Origin: Saccostrea echinata | Lineage: Eukaryota | Direction of reading: 5' to 3' | Assembly (NCBI RefSeq): GCF_033153115.1 | Contig: NW_026889830.1 | Coordinates: 2,294,001-2,358,000, forward strand | Length of the DNA stretch: 64,000 nucleotides | Shown: positions 11,503 to 26,500 of the stretch, in pieces | Numbering within the stretch: position 1 is the first letter of the stretch | How the letters are laid out: each line of letters opens with the position of its first letter | Made by a program: the position numbers and the translations under genes | The notes under the pieces: model-generated | Seen by the model: the letters and a program-made list of their open reading frames with translations, nothing else | What the model was told of the DNA's origin: nothing | Database searches by the model: none

Positions 11503-14500
11503 GTATTCTTTATTATAATTTTTTTGGTAATTAATTTATTATTGATGACTTATAAGAGTATGAACTGTGGAGTGAGTTTAGAAAACTAGGGTGATCGATG
11601 TTAATAATGTGAGAATGAAACGTACAGAACTTCCTGCACATTACACATTTTTATATGAAAGTTTAACTTTATATTAGAAAGGACACACGAAATTATCATC
11701 AGCAATCTTAATTACAATGTTAAAGTTTCTAAAATGATTTTTTAAAGTAATTTTTTCTCTGAAAAAGAAGTTGGTTTGTCAAAGATATTGAAACAATATT
11801 TGGTGTAACAATGTCATGTCACAAGGAAAATAACTTAAATGCCTCTAGAACAGTGTCAATTCAGTACCAACCATTTTTATTGGCATGTTATATCTTATGT
11901 TTATTCAAGTAACAGAAGAGAATAATTTTTTCAAAAAGTGTACATGTGAAATCATTTACATGCAAGTCAATTTTCTGCTACACTTAGCAGTCAGATTACA
12001 ATCTTTGAAATGTATGGTTTGGTTGTGATAACTAAATGGACATATTAGATAATGTGTGCATAAGCTTCATTCTAAATCACAGATTGATGGAGGCTGCAAA
12101 GTATTTAAGCAAATATTGTACTTCACATGCTTAATGCTGAAAACTCATACTCTGTGACACTAATGCTTAATTGACAACCTTATGTAGACTTAATTGCCTC
12201 CATGGATTTGTGGTTGTACTAACTTACTGCAGAGAACATATCAAATGAGACATGTTCTGAGTCTTGTAATTGAGCTTAAAATTAGAGTGAAGGCTGATAA
12301 AGACTATAGTAATTTTTTTTCAGCATACCTGTATCAGTTACATGTGCATTTTTTTTAATAATAGTTTCTTAGATCAAAATGTAAAGGTCCATTACCAGCA
12401 GCAGAATACATAGACCTATCAAATTCTGAAATAGGTAAGTTAAATCTAAATATAGCGAGTGTTATTAAACTTTAATTTATATTTATATTTCTACTTACTT
12501 ATGCAGCTATTTAATATCTATAGGGTATAATATAATTATTCAGTGATGATATCCTGTAAACAATTATTGAAATCTTTGGAACTGAGATTACTGTAAACCA
12601 ACTAATATTCGTGTCATCTTTTATTCGTGATTCGTCAGTTTGAAATCAATCCGTGACGATTAATTTTCGCGACTTAGTAAACATTCTCTATAAATAGAAA
12701 GCAAAATAGATGGTTCGCTGCGATTAATATTTGCAAGTAAAAGTAGGTTTCGAAACTCGCAGATATTTCTCGCACGTGAATAAAAGTTGGTTTACAATAA
12801 TTTAGTGAAGGAAGTAAATCATGCAAATGATTATACAGTGATACACGTGTATATTATACCTAACAAATTTGCATTCATAAAGCTGTAAGCAAAATATCCT
12901 CTTCATCAGACTCTAATCTCTTTTTGAGATGTCAACAATTTACACTTACACTTGGAAAGCATAAAATGCTCATAAAAATATTAAAAAGTACAAGAATTTT
13001 GTGATTTGTCTTGGAAAATTGAGCAAGAAGTTGATAATTGAAAAGCTAGTACAGGTACAAATGATGACATATTTTAAATTATATGTTGCTCATTTCAGTT
13101 GTAATAGAGAAGTTAAGTAACTGTCCAAAGTTGCAAACACTTACTTTAAGAGGAAATAAGATTTACGAAGTAACAAATTTGGAATGCTGCCCTCAATTGT
13201 GGAATATAGATCTTAGTAGTAATGAGGTAAGTATCAAATGCCATCATCACAAATATCCAGTTATGCCTGAAAATTAATAACCTGATACTGTTTTTAAGAT
13301 GATAAAGGAACTATGTTTACTCGTGGCTAAGGTCATTACTGAACTCTAATAAATGCATCAGTCTCAAATCATAAATGTAAGGTATATAAGCTCAAAAGAT
13401 TGTTGTTCATTTCTGTGTTTAACAAACTGACTTAATGACCTTAAGTAAACTAGTATTTTATTTTGCTAGATTTTACTATGTTGAAGTTTTTATCCATAAT
13501 ATAAGACACTGGAAGGTTGCATAAAGAACACAAGTTTAACATAAAGGTTTTGACTTTTTGAAACATTGTAGATTAAGAGTTTGGATGGACTATCTCGTTT
13601 TGTTGCAATAGGAACATTAAATCTTTCTAACAATGACTTGACATGGCATGAACTTGGGAAAATTCGACACATTCACATTCTGAACCTCAGTCTCCATGGC
13701 AACAGTCAAATGGAAAAAGATCCATACTGTAAGTATGCATGCATTAATTTGAAATGTACATAAGATCAGACATGCACTAGTCTCTGAATATAGATGAAGG
13801 GTTAAGTTGAAAACATTTTGGTTAGGAATAAAATGATGATAGACCCATTAGTAAACACCATGTGACCTTCTACCGATACCCAGGTACTGCTAATTGATCA
13901 TTTGTTTGATTTATTGTAAACTTTCTGTTTTATCATAATTGTAAACATACACTAGGAAGATTTATTCAGCATACCTGTATAGGTCTTTGTCTCAGAATTG
14001 TTACAATGTACCAGTAGATATATTTGACAAGTGCTCCACATTATTGCGATGTTTGAATTACCAAACGAAACCCACAAAATAGATTTATTTTCCAGGTGTC
14101 TTTATAAAAAAAACTGCAAGTTTTCAGGTGGCATATGTAAATTAGCTTACAGTGGCACAGACATCCAGGGGAATAGAGTTATAATGTTTTTCTTTGTGGA
14201 ACTTAAGATTAAGAATCTTTTTCCTGGTAGTTATAGTAGACATGTATGCCAAGAGGTGTAACTAACAGTGTATACATGTTGTTGCCTGAGTTTATCTTTT
14301 ACTGCTACAAATGTCCCTTTACAGTGATAAAATATCAGAGTTTTTTCCAGATATAGAGTCTTTTTTGACACATCCAATGTATTATCCATCAGTCATTTGG
14401 AGTAAAGACGTGGTCTTTGGCACATTGCTTTAAATTTTATCTGAAAATGTACAATAAATAGCTTTAAAGCTTTGTGTCAATGAGTTTAGATCATTTAGAA

Positions 14501-17500
14501 CTATTGTTTGATTAGATCAGAAAGATGTAATCACAACGAGTGTTTAAAAGGATTTGTATCAACAGTTTATGCAGACTGGGATATTTAGCAAAAACTGAAA
14601 GAAAAACGGGTATTTTTATGTATCCCCAGCATGTTTTGTTTGTAGTTTGTTCTCAGACAAGAAAAATTGCAAGCACAACAATTAACGTTCCAACAGTTGA
14701 AACTTTTTACCCTGATTTTGAATTTTGAAACTATAAAGGATATTCAGGTTTACAAATGACCAAGTGTCCATTTGGAAGGCATAACAATGACATTGTTTAT
14801 TAATCATAGGGTTGAGCATGAATTTACATTCAATTAAAGAGAATCTTTTTCCAGTTTTGTTCTTGCTGGTAATTTGATTAAAACTTGCGTAGGAAGCTCC
14901 TCGCTGGGAATGCATTGTCAAAAGCTAATCAAACACACGAGTATAGATTTGTGTACATACTGTTTAAAGTAACTATAGACAATTCCACTTTTATTTACAG
15001 GGAAATGATACCACATGAGTTTTATACACAAAAGAAAGATGATTGGTTTTCACCCAAATATAGGCTCTTTCAACTGAGCATATGATAATGATTATAGCAA
15101 ATTATAATACTTAGGATCTGTCATTTAAACAAATTATAAGTCAGTTACCTTAAGAAAACTTTTTTTTAATATACTCTGAAAAAATTATTTTAATAGTTTA
15201 CATTTGTTCTTCTTTTAGTGTTTTATTACAGTGTACCCATCATTTAAAACCTATGATGTATAATCAGAGAGCTTGCTCAAATATTAATAATAATGAGTCA
15301 CACTTATCTCAACATATGATTAGAACTGCATATGTGATTATGGATTATAACATAATGTTTGATAAATTCTCCCCTTCAAAAGTTAGTTTGTCCATTTTTT
15401 TAATGTAATTAAAAGTTGAAAATTGGTAGAGATTGATATAGAAAATTTCTACTGATATTGCTTGATTGAAGTATGAAGGATTTTGTTGAAATTACAGTAA
15501 TTTCAGGCTTGGAGTCATTACTTTATGGTACATGTATTTTGTTTTTAGATCGGATTCACCTGATAGACTGTCTGCCAAATGTGTGGATGCTGGATGGCCG
15601 TATAATTACATGTAAGGTTATTAATCAATGTTTAATAAAAGCAAAGTAAATTTAAACGTTGTTTAGGTATATATTCTTAGTACTCTATTCAAATATTTTT
15701 ATTTCAATAGAAGGTAGCACTTAATGATTACCATTGCTTTAGTATCTTCTTTACTGATGATACCAATCCACTACTCTTGATTTTACCTGTGTTGAAGAAT
15801 TTAAACACATGCAGTGTGGATTCTTTTGAAATTCATTTTGATCCAATAATTGTATGCTCTATTTACCTTTAAATATTGATTTGTTCTTTATCAGATTTTT
15901 AGCATGCTTAAGGCCCAATGATGAAATTAGAATGGTAGTAATGAGATTTACACTACATTTATCTGAACCAATATTTACATCTCACTCAAACAAACTAAGT
16001 TGTGGACAGGATAGAATTTATCAATAGAGAAATTATGTTTGCTTTGAAACACCATGCAGATGACATATTTTTGGGGGAAAAATGTGTTTCTTCCTTTCCC
16101 TTTTTTACAAAAGCATTAAATCAATACTTTCTTTTTCAAGGATTTTTAAATGTTCACCAGTTGTGAAGAATTTCAAAAGAATGATTTCAGCAGGACACAG
16201 AGTTTCAAATCTCTTTGATATTTAAAGCAACACAACATTACACTATATTTACTGGAAAAATTATCACATCAATATGATGTCATATGATTTATATGATTTA
16301 TATGATTTTATATCATTTATATATGATTTATATTTATATGATTTATCATATAAATGATAATATAAATTATCACTTAAGAAAAAGCCTTAATAAACGCCTG
16401 TCTTCAGATGGTACATAGTTTTCCCTTAATACCCTTTTTGATCTTTATTTAAGTGATGGTTGAAGTTCTGATAATTCTTTCTCTATTATTGTGTCTTAAT
16501 GATGTATTTTTAAAAAAAAATCTCTGTCTGAAGAACTTTTGACAGATGAAAATGATAATATAAAGCCATTTAAGGATGTTTATCTGAATTGCATCTCAAT
16601 AGTCTTTCTGTCTAACAACCCACATGGTACACTCTTTTGAACAGACTAGATTTGAATTGTATTTAATCATTATCCATGTTAGAGCATTGAATTATTAAAA
16701 AAAACAATTTTGATATCATTAAAGCTGCAGAGAGACTACAAGTCAAGCACTTTTTTCAAGATTCAGCATTAACGTCAAAACCAATAGTAAGTAACTATAT
16801 GTGAAGTGTTATATTACAGCCAAATCTGATGTTTTAAAAAGAGAGAGTTATTTATTTCACTGACTATTTGAATTTGCTATTTTACCTTCGAAATTTACTT
16901 CAATATGCTATCAATTGTAACTTTTCAGAGACACAAATTGTCCAAAGAATGGTTCATACCCACAGCCAGAAAAAGAGTAGATGTCAATGGTATCTATGGA
17001 CCAAAGGTAAGTATCACAGATATTCAACTATATTATACTTTCATGTAAATTAGTTGAATCTGATTTGTCGAGAAACATTTGTTAAAAGACACTACTACCC
17101 GCTGAATAATAAAGCACGCCCTCCAGCGTAGCAACAGTCCACATTGCTTGACGATGGGTGTTATTCCAAAAAATACTGACTGAATTTATGTGCGCAAGGT
17201 TCACTTTAATATGTGTTTGTGTAAAACATTCAGTATAATATAATAAATATTGCATGTAGGTGAGTGTAATATTGAAAATGTTCACCCCAAGAAAACCATT
17301 GTCAACCAAGGTGCTTGTTACAGTCAACTACATGCAATATTTATATAATATTACACTCATTTATAACAAACTATAACTTTCTTTTAAAGGTTATAGCCGG
17401 ATTGAAATGATAAATGCTTGGTAGAGGTGCATTAAAAACAAGGTCACAGCAAATATGCTTATAATGAATTCACATTAACAGCAAAGTGATTTTCATTCCC

Positions 17501-20500
17501 TGAAGTAACTTTCAAGCATATTATAAACTTATTGGAAATCATGAATTACATTTATAATGAATCAAATTTTTCATCCCTAGCACTTCATTATAAGCATTTT
17601 AACTTTATTGATGATGTGGATATAATTTGAGAAAGTTTTTCAGTCCTAGATTTCAACCATCACTTTGAGGTTTTGAAAGGTTTTGCTTAATTCTGAATAT
17701 GAAATGTTCATGAATTCTCAGAATACAGCCTTGTTGTTTTATTCAAATATACTGTGGGTATGTTTGTGTTAAGTACATTTTATGACATTGTAGGCCACCA
17801 AAGTCATGACCAGTTTCCCAGCAAATGGTGTGCACAATATAGGTAAGTTTGACTTTGGGAAATACAAAGTCTGTGTGACATATTTATATATATATATTGG
17901 TTGTACAATGCAGAAAACATTTTTTTTTTGGGGGGGGGGGGGGGGGGAGGATGTGTCCTATCTAGAAATTTAAGGAAAATGTAAATATCATCTAAATAAT
18001 TGATTGTTTCACTGAATGTGTGATTTCATCTTCAGAGATTGACAAGAAAAGACTGAAATACCTTGGCTACAATATTCAGGAGGACTTGATAATAGACAAA
18101 AAGTACACAAATAGGTATACATTTTAATCCCCAGTATCTCAAATCAACAAACAGGTAGTTGTAAATACAGTTTTGATTTTCATTCACCTCCTCAGATTTG
18201 TTAAGCTCAATGAGGAACAGAGTTATCTGACATCAAGTCTGCAAAGACACAGTACAAAACATCAGTATTTCATTGACATAAATATTTTTACAGAGAGTTC
18301 CAGGTGATGAAATACAGAAGTAACTTTATTGAGGATCTGTTAGAAGCTCGTCCTGATGACAGAGAGAGATGTAACATGCTCCTGTTATTTTTGGTGGTAA
18401 GTTGTCTATTTGTTTTGTTTGCACATACACTTAATTTTGTGCAAATGAACATGCTGGTTAGAATATTTTGTTGAATCATAAAATGGTGTCATGTTTGTAT
18501 ATACATATATATACATGTATGATTCATATTTTTGATAGTCGCTATGAAATTAAAAGTATCACATGAACTCTGTATAAAAATTGCCCTAATTTGAATCACA
18601 AGAAAAGAAGAACACATGATAGTAATATATTTGGCATGTATAAGTTGTAGGGTCAATTCAGCAGATTAAAATCATCACAAGATATCATAAAAGCACAGTG
18701 ATGACATAAATAATAAATACTTTGTTTATACATGTGTAACTATATATAAATTATTGTCATGACAGGCTTCCCTGGAATTTGTTTTACCGACACATCTTGT
18801 GAAGGAAACATTGGACACAGCCAAACTAAACAAGATTGGGTAAGTCAGAGATTAACCAGGGATCCGACAGTTGTCCAATTGCCCGGGGCAAGTAAATTCT
18901 CAATTTGGGCAAGTTAAACTTCAATGTACTTGTCCCATCGGGTAAATGAATATCTATGATAAAAACATATATTTTTTAAATCTCACATTAGTTTATAAAC
19001 AAAACAATCAATACATGTACTTTTAATACTTGATTTCCACCAGAAACATGACATTCTTTTTGCATTCGAATTCCCTTGGTAGAAAATGGGTTCTTTATTC
19101 TGTTTTCTTTCATGGTAGTTGACAAAAATACATAGTCCGTCTGACAACTTTATTTACATTCCGATTATGAAATTAGATATTGTAGAATATTTTATTTATT
19201 CACTCACAGAATATAAAGACCACCAGTTATTCTCAGTGCACGATGTATTCTGATCATAATATGTATGTTTTGAAACATGGCAACTGTTTTCCTTTAGAAT
19301 GGCTTCAGTTTTTCAAAGGGGGGGGGGGGGGGTTGAAACACAAAAAAAGATTGTACAGAAAATATTTTTAAAAATATGAATTTGATTTTAAGGAAATATT
19401 TCTGCAGAGCAGTGTGAGTTTAAAGGATATTAAGTGACAGGGATGTGGTATACATGTATTTAAAAATGACGCATTGTCAGAACATCAACTTTTTTTTATG
19501 CCCTCCTTCGAAGAAGGGAGGGCATATTGCTTTGCTGCTGTCTGTCGGTCCACCAACAGTTTCTGTTCATTTTCTTCACAGAGGTTGCACATACTGAAAT
19601 GAAATTTGGTGTACAGATTTATCATAAGAATATCTAAGTCAAGTTCTGTTTTGGGTACGATTGACCACTTTTTGACAGAGTTATGCCCCTTGGACTTAGA
19701 AAAATTCCAATTATTTGAACTTTCCGTTCATTTTCTTCACAGAGGTTGCACATACTGAAATGAAATTTAATATACAGATTTATCATAAAAATATCTAGGT
19801 CAAGTTCTGTTTTGGATACAATCGAGCAATTTTTGACAGAGTTATGCCTCTTGGACTTAGAAAAATTCCAATTATTTGGAATTGGGGGGAAGGGCATAAG
19901 TGTTTCACGAACATCTCTTTGCAGTTAACTTGCCAAATAGAAAGTAATGTGACATACTTTCTTTACAATGATGAAATTAAGTTATAAGTGTTTTCTTCTT
20001 TCTAAATTTTTTGGCAACCAAGTTTTGCATTCAGACAAGTCTCAGTTTGAGTGAATCTGAAAGTTAATGTCTATAGGCTATAACTCTTGTATAACTCAAA
20101 AGTCTCAAGAATTCCTTTATTCAAATGGATGTTTAAAGCTTTCTTGTAATTTTGACATTTTTGGGTCAGATTACAAAGCAAAGCTGGTTTAATTTATTTG
20201 ATTGACAATGTCTGTCCATTATTCTGAATACATTATATCATTAATGTCATTCTTCTTTAATAGTGCTCTCTTGCAGTACAATTATTGCATTTTTCTGCTC
20301 ATAAGGTTGCTAATACATGTAATTACATAAGATGTGCATATGAATGATCATTTGATAAATAATAAGCTAGAGATGAATGTTTGTATAAAATTTAAGGAAA
20401 TATATGTACAGTAAAACCTGTAGTCCAGATACTGCTAGTTCCATAGAAATTTATCAGACAACATTCTGGATTAGAGAACATATTTTAAATAGTCAAATTG

Positions 20501-23500
20501 ACTGAATGGGGCTGAAAGTTTTCATGTCAGGCAAAATTTCAGAATACGCAATATCTGGATTAGACAAGTTTAACTGTGTTATTTTAATGGTAAATCAAAT
20601 AAAAATTCTGTTATCAACAGTTTAACAAACCATCTTTGTACTATTTTCTCCAGACAAGTGTACTCCATGGATCTTTTCCTGTTACCAAGAGATGTGAGGT
20701 GTCTATTAGTGTGTATTTTACTGGGAGCTGTCAAGATTGATAAAGATGTCAAAGAGGTAACATGGCCCTATCTATAATGCATATAATTATTATATTATTT
20801 AAATTTGTAAATGAGCCTGATTGAGTATCTAAGTTTCTCTCTTGACTTATTTTTGGACCAGTAAAAGAGCATTTGAAATCTCAAATGGCCGAGGTTGATA
20901 CAGGAAACATATTTTGTTCATAATTCGGTGGAATCACAATTTCTGTTCAATCCGCAGGTAGAAAATTATGCAGTTTTCTTGGATTGCCGTTGTATGTCTT
21001 AAATGCACTTTAAGTATGCTGCGACAAATTTTTGCTGAAAATTTGTGTACATAGCGTAAATTAATCCCATGTGGAAAAATGTACATCTTCAGTATTTAAG
21101 TGCTGATACTGCTGTAATGCTGCAAGCTATAATAATAATGTTTTTGATTAGATTGTCTATTTACAATATTGTACCATATGTGAAATTTCTAGGTAGTATA
21201 ATTGTACATACGAAGTCATGTCATATTTTCCCTTTTGCTACAGGATGGAGGGTTGTATGACAAATTGTACCTGTGTCTTTTCTACACTGTCAGTGAGCTT
21301 GTCAAACTTAGCCATGCCTCCAATACCAAACACTCTGCTGTCAAATATAAACTCAACACACTGTGAGTTACATTGAATTAATAAATAAATTGTTTGCAAG
21401 AATATTGTTTTTGACATTCCTGAAATGGTTTCATCTTTTAGAATATTTGATTTTTTTTTTTTATCAGATACTATGATTACAAAACTCTACTAGCATCAGA
21501 AGTGGTCCAGCTACTGTGTATTGTTCCAGCCTTTTTCCAGTATGTTGCCAAAGATGTGGGTAAGTACTGTCTGGAAAATTGACATTATTTTATCTATGAA
21601 TGAATTCTTTTCAAAGGATCTGAAGACTAAAAACTAATGCTTTTCTTTGCATACATTTATATGATGTATCTAGAGTGTGGGGAGTTTTCAGTTTCAAAAT
21701 TCATAAATAAAATATCAAGACCAAATTATTGAACTTACTAAAATGGTGTCTTGCATTTCTTTAAATTTCTTTATATTCTACAACCAATCAATCATCCTTT
21801 CTGAAACTCAACAAGTTCTGTATGTTAATTGTGATAGCAAAGATCTTTTATAAATGCAAAGCTTAGACTTTATTCCAAAAATATTCTGCAGGTTGTTTTT
21901 CTAAACTTTTACAGGTGTGATGAACTTAGTGGTTACTGCTACTGGGGATCATGACATCAAGCAAAAAATCACAGCTGTATCTACCACAGTGTCACAAGAA
22001 GGGGTAAGAATTATAAATACAAAAAAATATGATACCATTTTCCTTTAGAAAACTTCACATGTTGGAAAGGTTCAAAATATCATAAGAATCAGGAAAGGAA
22101 AAATTAATGATAAGAAAAAAAACTTTTTTTTAAACAGGGGGAGGTAAGGAGATTGTATGAAGAGTTATCTGAGCTCCTTCTACAGAAAGTCCAGGAACAG
22201 TCTCTGAATATCAGTAACAAAGCTCCAAAGATGTCCAAGTGTGACGAGATCCTCACAGTAAGCTTGAGGATTAAATGGTTTTTGTTTTTGTTTTGCTTTT
22301 GCTTTTAATCTTATTTTAAAATGTTTGACTACATTATATTTTTATAAAACCAGTCCAGAAAAGCCTTGCCAATAAGGAATTCTGGGTCAGTAGAAATGGC
22401 TGAGTTCCATGCTAAAGGGATAACCAGTCCAGAAAAGGATCCTCCCAGAGTACTCAGTGCCAAGAGGAGTGCTGAAAGAAATCAAAAGAAATTTCCCCGT
22501 AAGAAATATAGTAGAATTATGTGTGTGTGAAGGGAGATTACTTTCAATATAGAATGTCAGTTTTCTAAACTGAAAGTAACTACTTGTGTACAGAAGAAAT
22601 TTCTGGAAAAAAATATATAAGATTAGATGTTCTTAATATCATGACCATAATTTTGTGTCTTTAACATATGTGATAAGATATAATTATCTTTTCTTCAGAT
22701 CTTGGGGACCCTTTGCTTCTTGGACCCCAGGTAGAGTAATTTTCCTCTATAAACATGTATCTATGTGCAAATCTACTGCTATCCACTTTCATCTTTTAAA
22801 GTGTTTAAAATCTCCAAATCTAGTGTGCATTGAAACTTTACATAACTATATATGGATTTATTTATGTACAGTAGGTCTTGTTCTATTAGTCTAGCTAATA
22901 GATTTGTCCTTTTACTTATTCAGGAGGGTGTTTGATTTAATTTGGAGGAGGGCAGAGTTGTAGTTGCATTTTGGACATGTGATTGCTTGTAATGATTTTA
23001 TTTCTATGATTTCTTTTTTTTTTTTTCCCAGACCCTTGGAAAGATTGTGTCTCTGCCACAACCATTTGTTGCATTAGTGGCTATGGATTCTGTGCCAGGT
23101 ATCTGTGTAACTGTGTTGTCAAAAACTACTGTATGAATTTATCATTAAATTCTTTTAACTCAATGTGTATGCAAAAGTGATATTGTAAAGACATTAAACT
23201 AAAAAAAAAAAAAAAGAAATGTTAAGTATTACCAGAATATTTCTCCAAGAAGAACAAATTTAAAATATATCTGATCAGATACGAAAATTTATGGCTTAGA
23301 TTGTTTTATAATTGCTATAAGTGGACTATAATTTGATCTCACTCTATCTGAAATGCCAGTATTAATGTGCATTTGTAATTCTACTGTAAATGTTACCCAG
23401 TTGCTAACGGAGCAATGGAGAGTAAACTGAAGGTCAGTGAGGATCATTATACCTACGTAAATATGGATCAGCTGATGTGGGATGAAGCTCTATCATTCTG

Positions 23501-26500
23501 GAAACCAAAGGGTGCTATTGGAGACAGGTAAACACATACAGGGATTTTGTTTGAGGTTAAATTAATGGGTAACAGTTTTTAGCCGGGCTTATTGCTCGAA
23601 GAGCAATAGCCGGCTTTTGTTACGGTGTTCAACCGGAAATGCTGCTTCCTCACTGCCAAATCTTCTTATTGAGATGTAAAAAAAAAAAAAAACAATGCCT
23701 TTGTGTTGCAAAAATAAATTCACCTACAAAGTATAAATGATTTATAATGATTGATATATGATTTTATTGATAAAACAGGGATGATAAACCCCGAGATTTT
23801 CAGATAACAGAATGTGTGTCTGTCTCATTAGCGATTAGTGTAAATAGTAGCACCTTTTAAATCAGAATGACTGTCTTTTATAACAAGTTTAGATGAATTG
23901 CTTTCATTACTATATCTCTTCATAAAAGCTATATTCATATGTGGTAAAAATTCTCCCTCAAATATTGTCTGAACAGTGATACAACTAGAATACATGTATT
24001 GGTATCTTAGATTTAGAAGGTGCCACAATGTTCTGCTGATATCCATCATTAAAGAAGTTTTTATGAATATGTTTACATTTTAATACCTTATACCTTTTGT
24101 ATTTTTTATTTGATAGAAAAGTATGGGTTTTATGAAGAATTGAGGGCAGTACTGTAAACCTATTATTTGTGCAACAACTTCTGTTCACAATTCTTCATGT
24201 TTGAAATCCACCTACGATTTTTATTTTGATGACTGAGGAAATGTTCCACTAAGTACACAATTAAGAGTTTCACAGCAAGAAATGTCCATGAGTGAAAAAA
24301 AGGTTGCAAAACTTGTAGATATTTCTTGCACGCAAAAGAAAGTTGGTGTACAGTATTTGCATTCAATTCCTAAAAAAGTGTCTCCCAACATTTTATCGAT
24401 CATTTTCAACCAGCTATTGTAAATATTCCACCTTATATTTCAGTATACTCTTGGAATTTATTGCTACATTTAAGTATAAAAACAGGTATTGGTACACACA
24501 TTTCATTTTAGTTCAATCTTCCTTTTTTCATGTTTTCTTCACTTTTATCTTTAGTCTTGACTTTTAGTAAATCTGCCAATTATAGCTATCTATTACATTA
24601 TGTATACCATCACTTATCTTTAGCTGAAAGGGGAATCTGGCACAGATTATTTTGTGCTATTTTAAGTACTTGTTTTCAGTAATCCTTGAAATCATATCTA
24701 AAATTGTTACAGAAAAGGGAAGTCCTTCAAAGTGCCGACATGAAATTTCATGATGATCTTGTTTTATTTTTTTCTTTTACTTATCCATTTGAAAGAAAAT
24801 AATAGTAGAGACTTGTATACTGTAAAATCGCATATTTTCATGGGTCTAATTTTCATGGTTGGAAGAAGAAATATTGGTTTGTGGGGATTTGTTATGATTT
24901 TGTAATTGAAGAATTGCTAAGTTGTTATCGATTTTAAATTTTACATTTCATGGAGGACATGAATATGTGGATCTCTTAATGCCATGAAAACAATGAAAAT
25001 TAATACCCTCATGAAAATTAGTAATTTCACAGTAAACAAAAAGTATTTGTAAAATAATTTTCAAAAACCCTAATAAGCTGCCAACTGGCATCAATTATTG
25101 GCCCAATAATCCATCTGTGTGTGCACCAATTAAGTTTTCTTTATGAAAGTCAAAGATTGGCTCACTTGCTTCTTGTATTTTGTAAAGTAAAAAAAAAACA
25201 TCCCAAATATTATACAATTCAATATGTACACCAAAAATGTTCAGAAAATTGAAATTCATAACTAACACTGAGTTTGATCCAGACTTCCATATTCTTAATA
25301 GAAACTTTCACCATTCTAATTGTTCCACATTGACTTGAAATCTGAAAAAGAAAGTTAATAATTCTACTGGTCAAAGACCATAAGAGCTTTCATATGGATA
25401 TGGTGTCCATCTATCTTTCTAGCTGTTTCCCTGTATCCCTTTTCATCTGTAAGCATTTTTCAAAACAGTGCAGTGGTATTATTTTTTTAATCAAGATGCA
25501 TTTCTGTAAATTATAAAATTCAAAAGGAATTGATTCAAGTATAAAATCTGAAGTTTTTTCTTAGAATATAATGAAAGAAAATTTGTAGAGCTATAGTCTC
25601 ACCAGAAATTTCTTTTAAAAACTCCTCTCTTTATAGATGAATCAGTAAAAGTTATTTAAAGGTTCATGTTTATAAAGCACTTTTAATGTGATTTGAAAAA
25701 AATAATGATCCATAAATAATGTATTTAAGGTGGTGGATCTGGGGGACTGGAATGTTAATATCAGTTAATTTACATTTTGAGATTTGCTAACTGATATGCA
25801 TTTATGACAAAAGAAAACTCAAATTTAATGTATTTAAACTGCATGAAAATGTATATTTATCTTAGTATACATGTATATAGTATCTTATAAGAAATGTGAT
25901 TGAATGTGAGAGTTAAAAAGAAGGAAGATTTTTTTTCCACAGTTGTAGTCAGTCTGTCTGATGATTTATTGTACAAGATTATGTATTACACATAGTTTTT
26001 TTCACAGCTTGCTTGGCTGTACCAAGTTTTGCACATGTCAATGTTCTCATTTTCAAATTTATTTGATGTATCTGCATGACAGTCTTAATTATATATAGGC
26101 ATAGTTTTCAGCAATTTATGATATAGTAACAATATAAAATATTAATATTTAGGAAGCATACATGCTACAGATCATAAATAAATAATTGAGGGAAAAATTA
26201 AATTCTGCGAACTTTCCATCTGCAAGTGATAGAAACATGTTTGCAAAGCACTTAAATGTGATTTGAAAAAATAATGCTCAATGATACATAAGTAAGTTTA
26301 AAGGTAAGTTCAGATGCTGAAAATAAGACTAGTAAAAGGAAATGTCACTGGAGCTAAGGGTTCATTAATATGAAACAGTATAATAATACTTAAAACAGTA
26401 TGTGCTCCAGTAATTTTGAATACTGATTTTAAGTCCATTTTGCAGACTGACACTACACACTGTAGAAGACTTGCAACGAGAGCTAGAATTAAAAGCAAAC

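Noticed and set aside
13690-13703. Perfect X-box GTCTCCATGGCAAC in exon 4
   Set aside because: Explained by the LRR codons S-L-H-G-N and lies 2.2 kb from the start; no independent support.
25665-26290. ~55-bp local duplication (AAAGCACTT..AATGTGATTTGAAAAAATAATG) in intron 20
   Set aside because: A short AT-rich decayed repeat with no boundaries or function evident.
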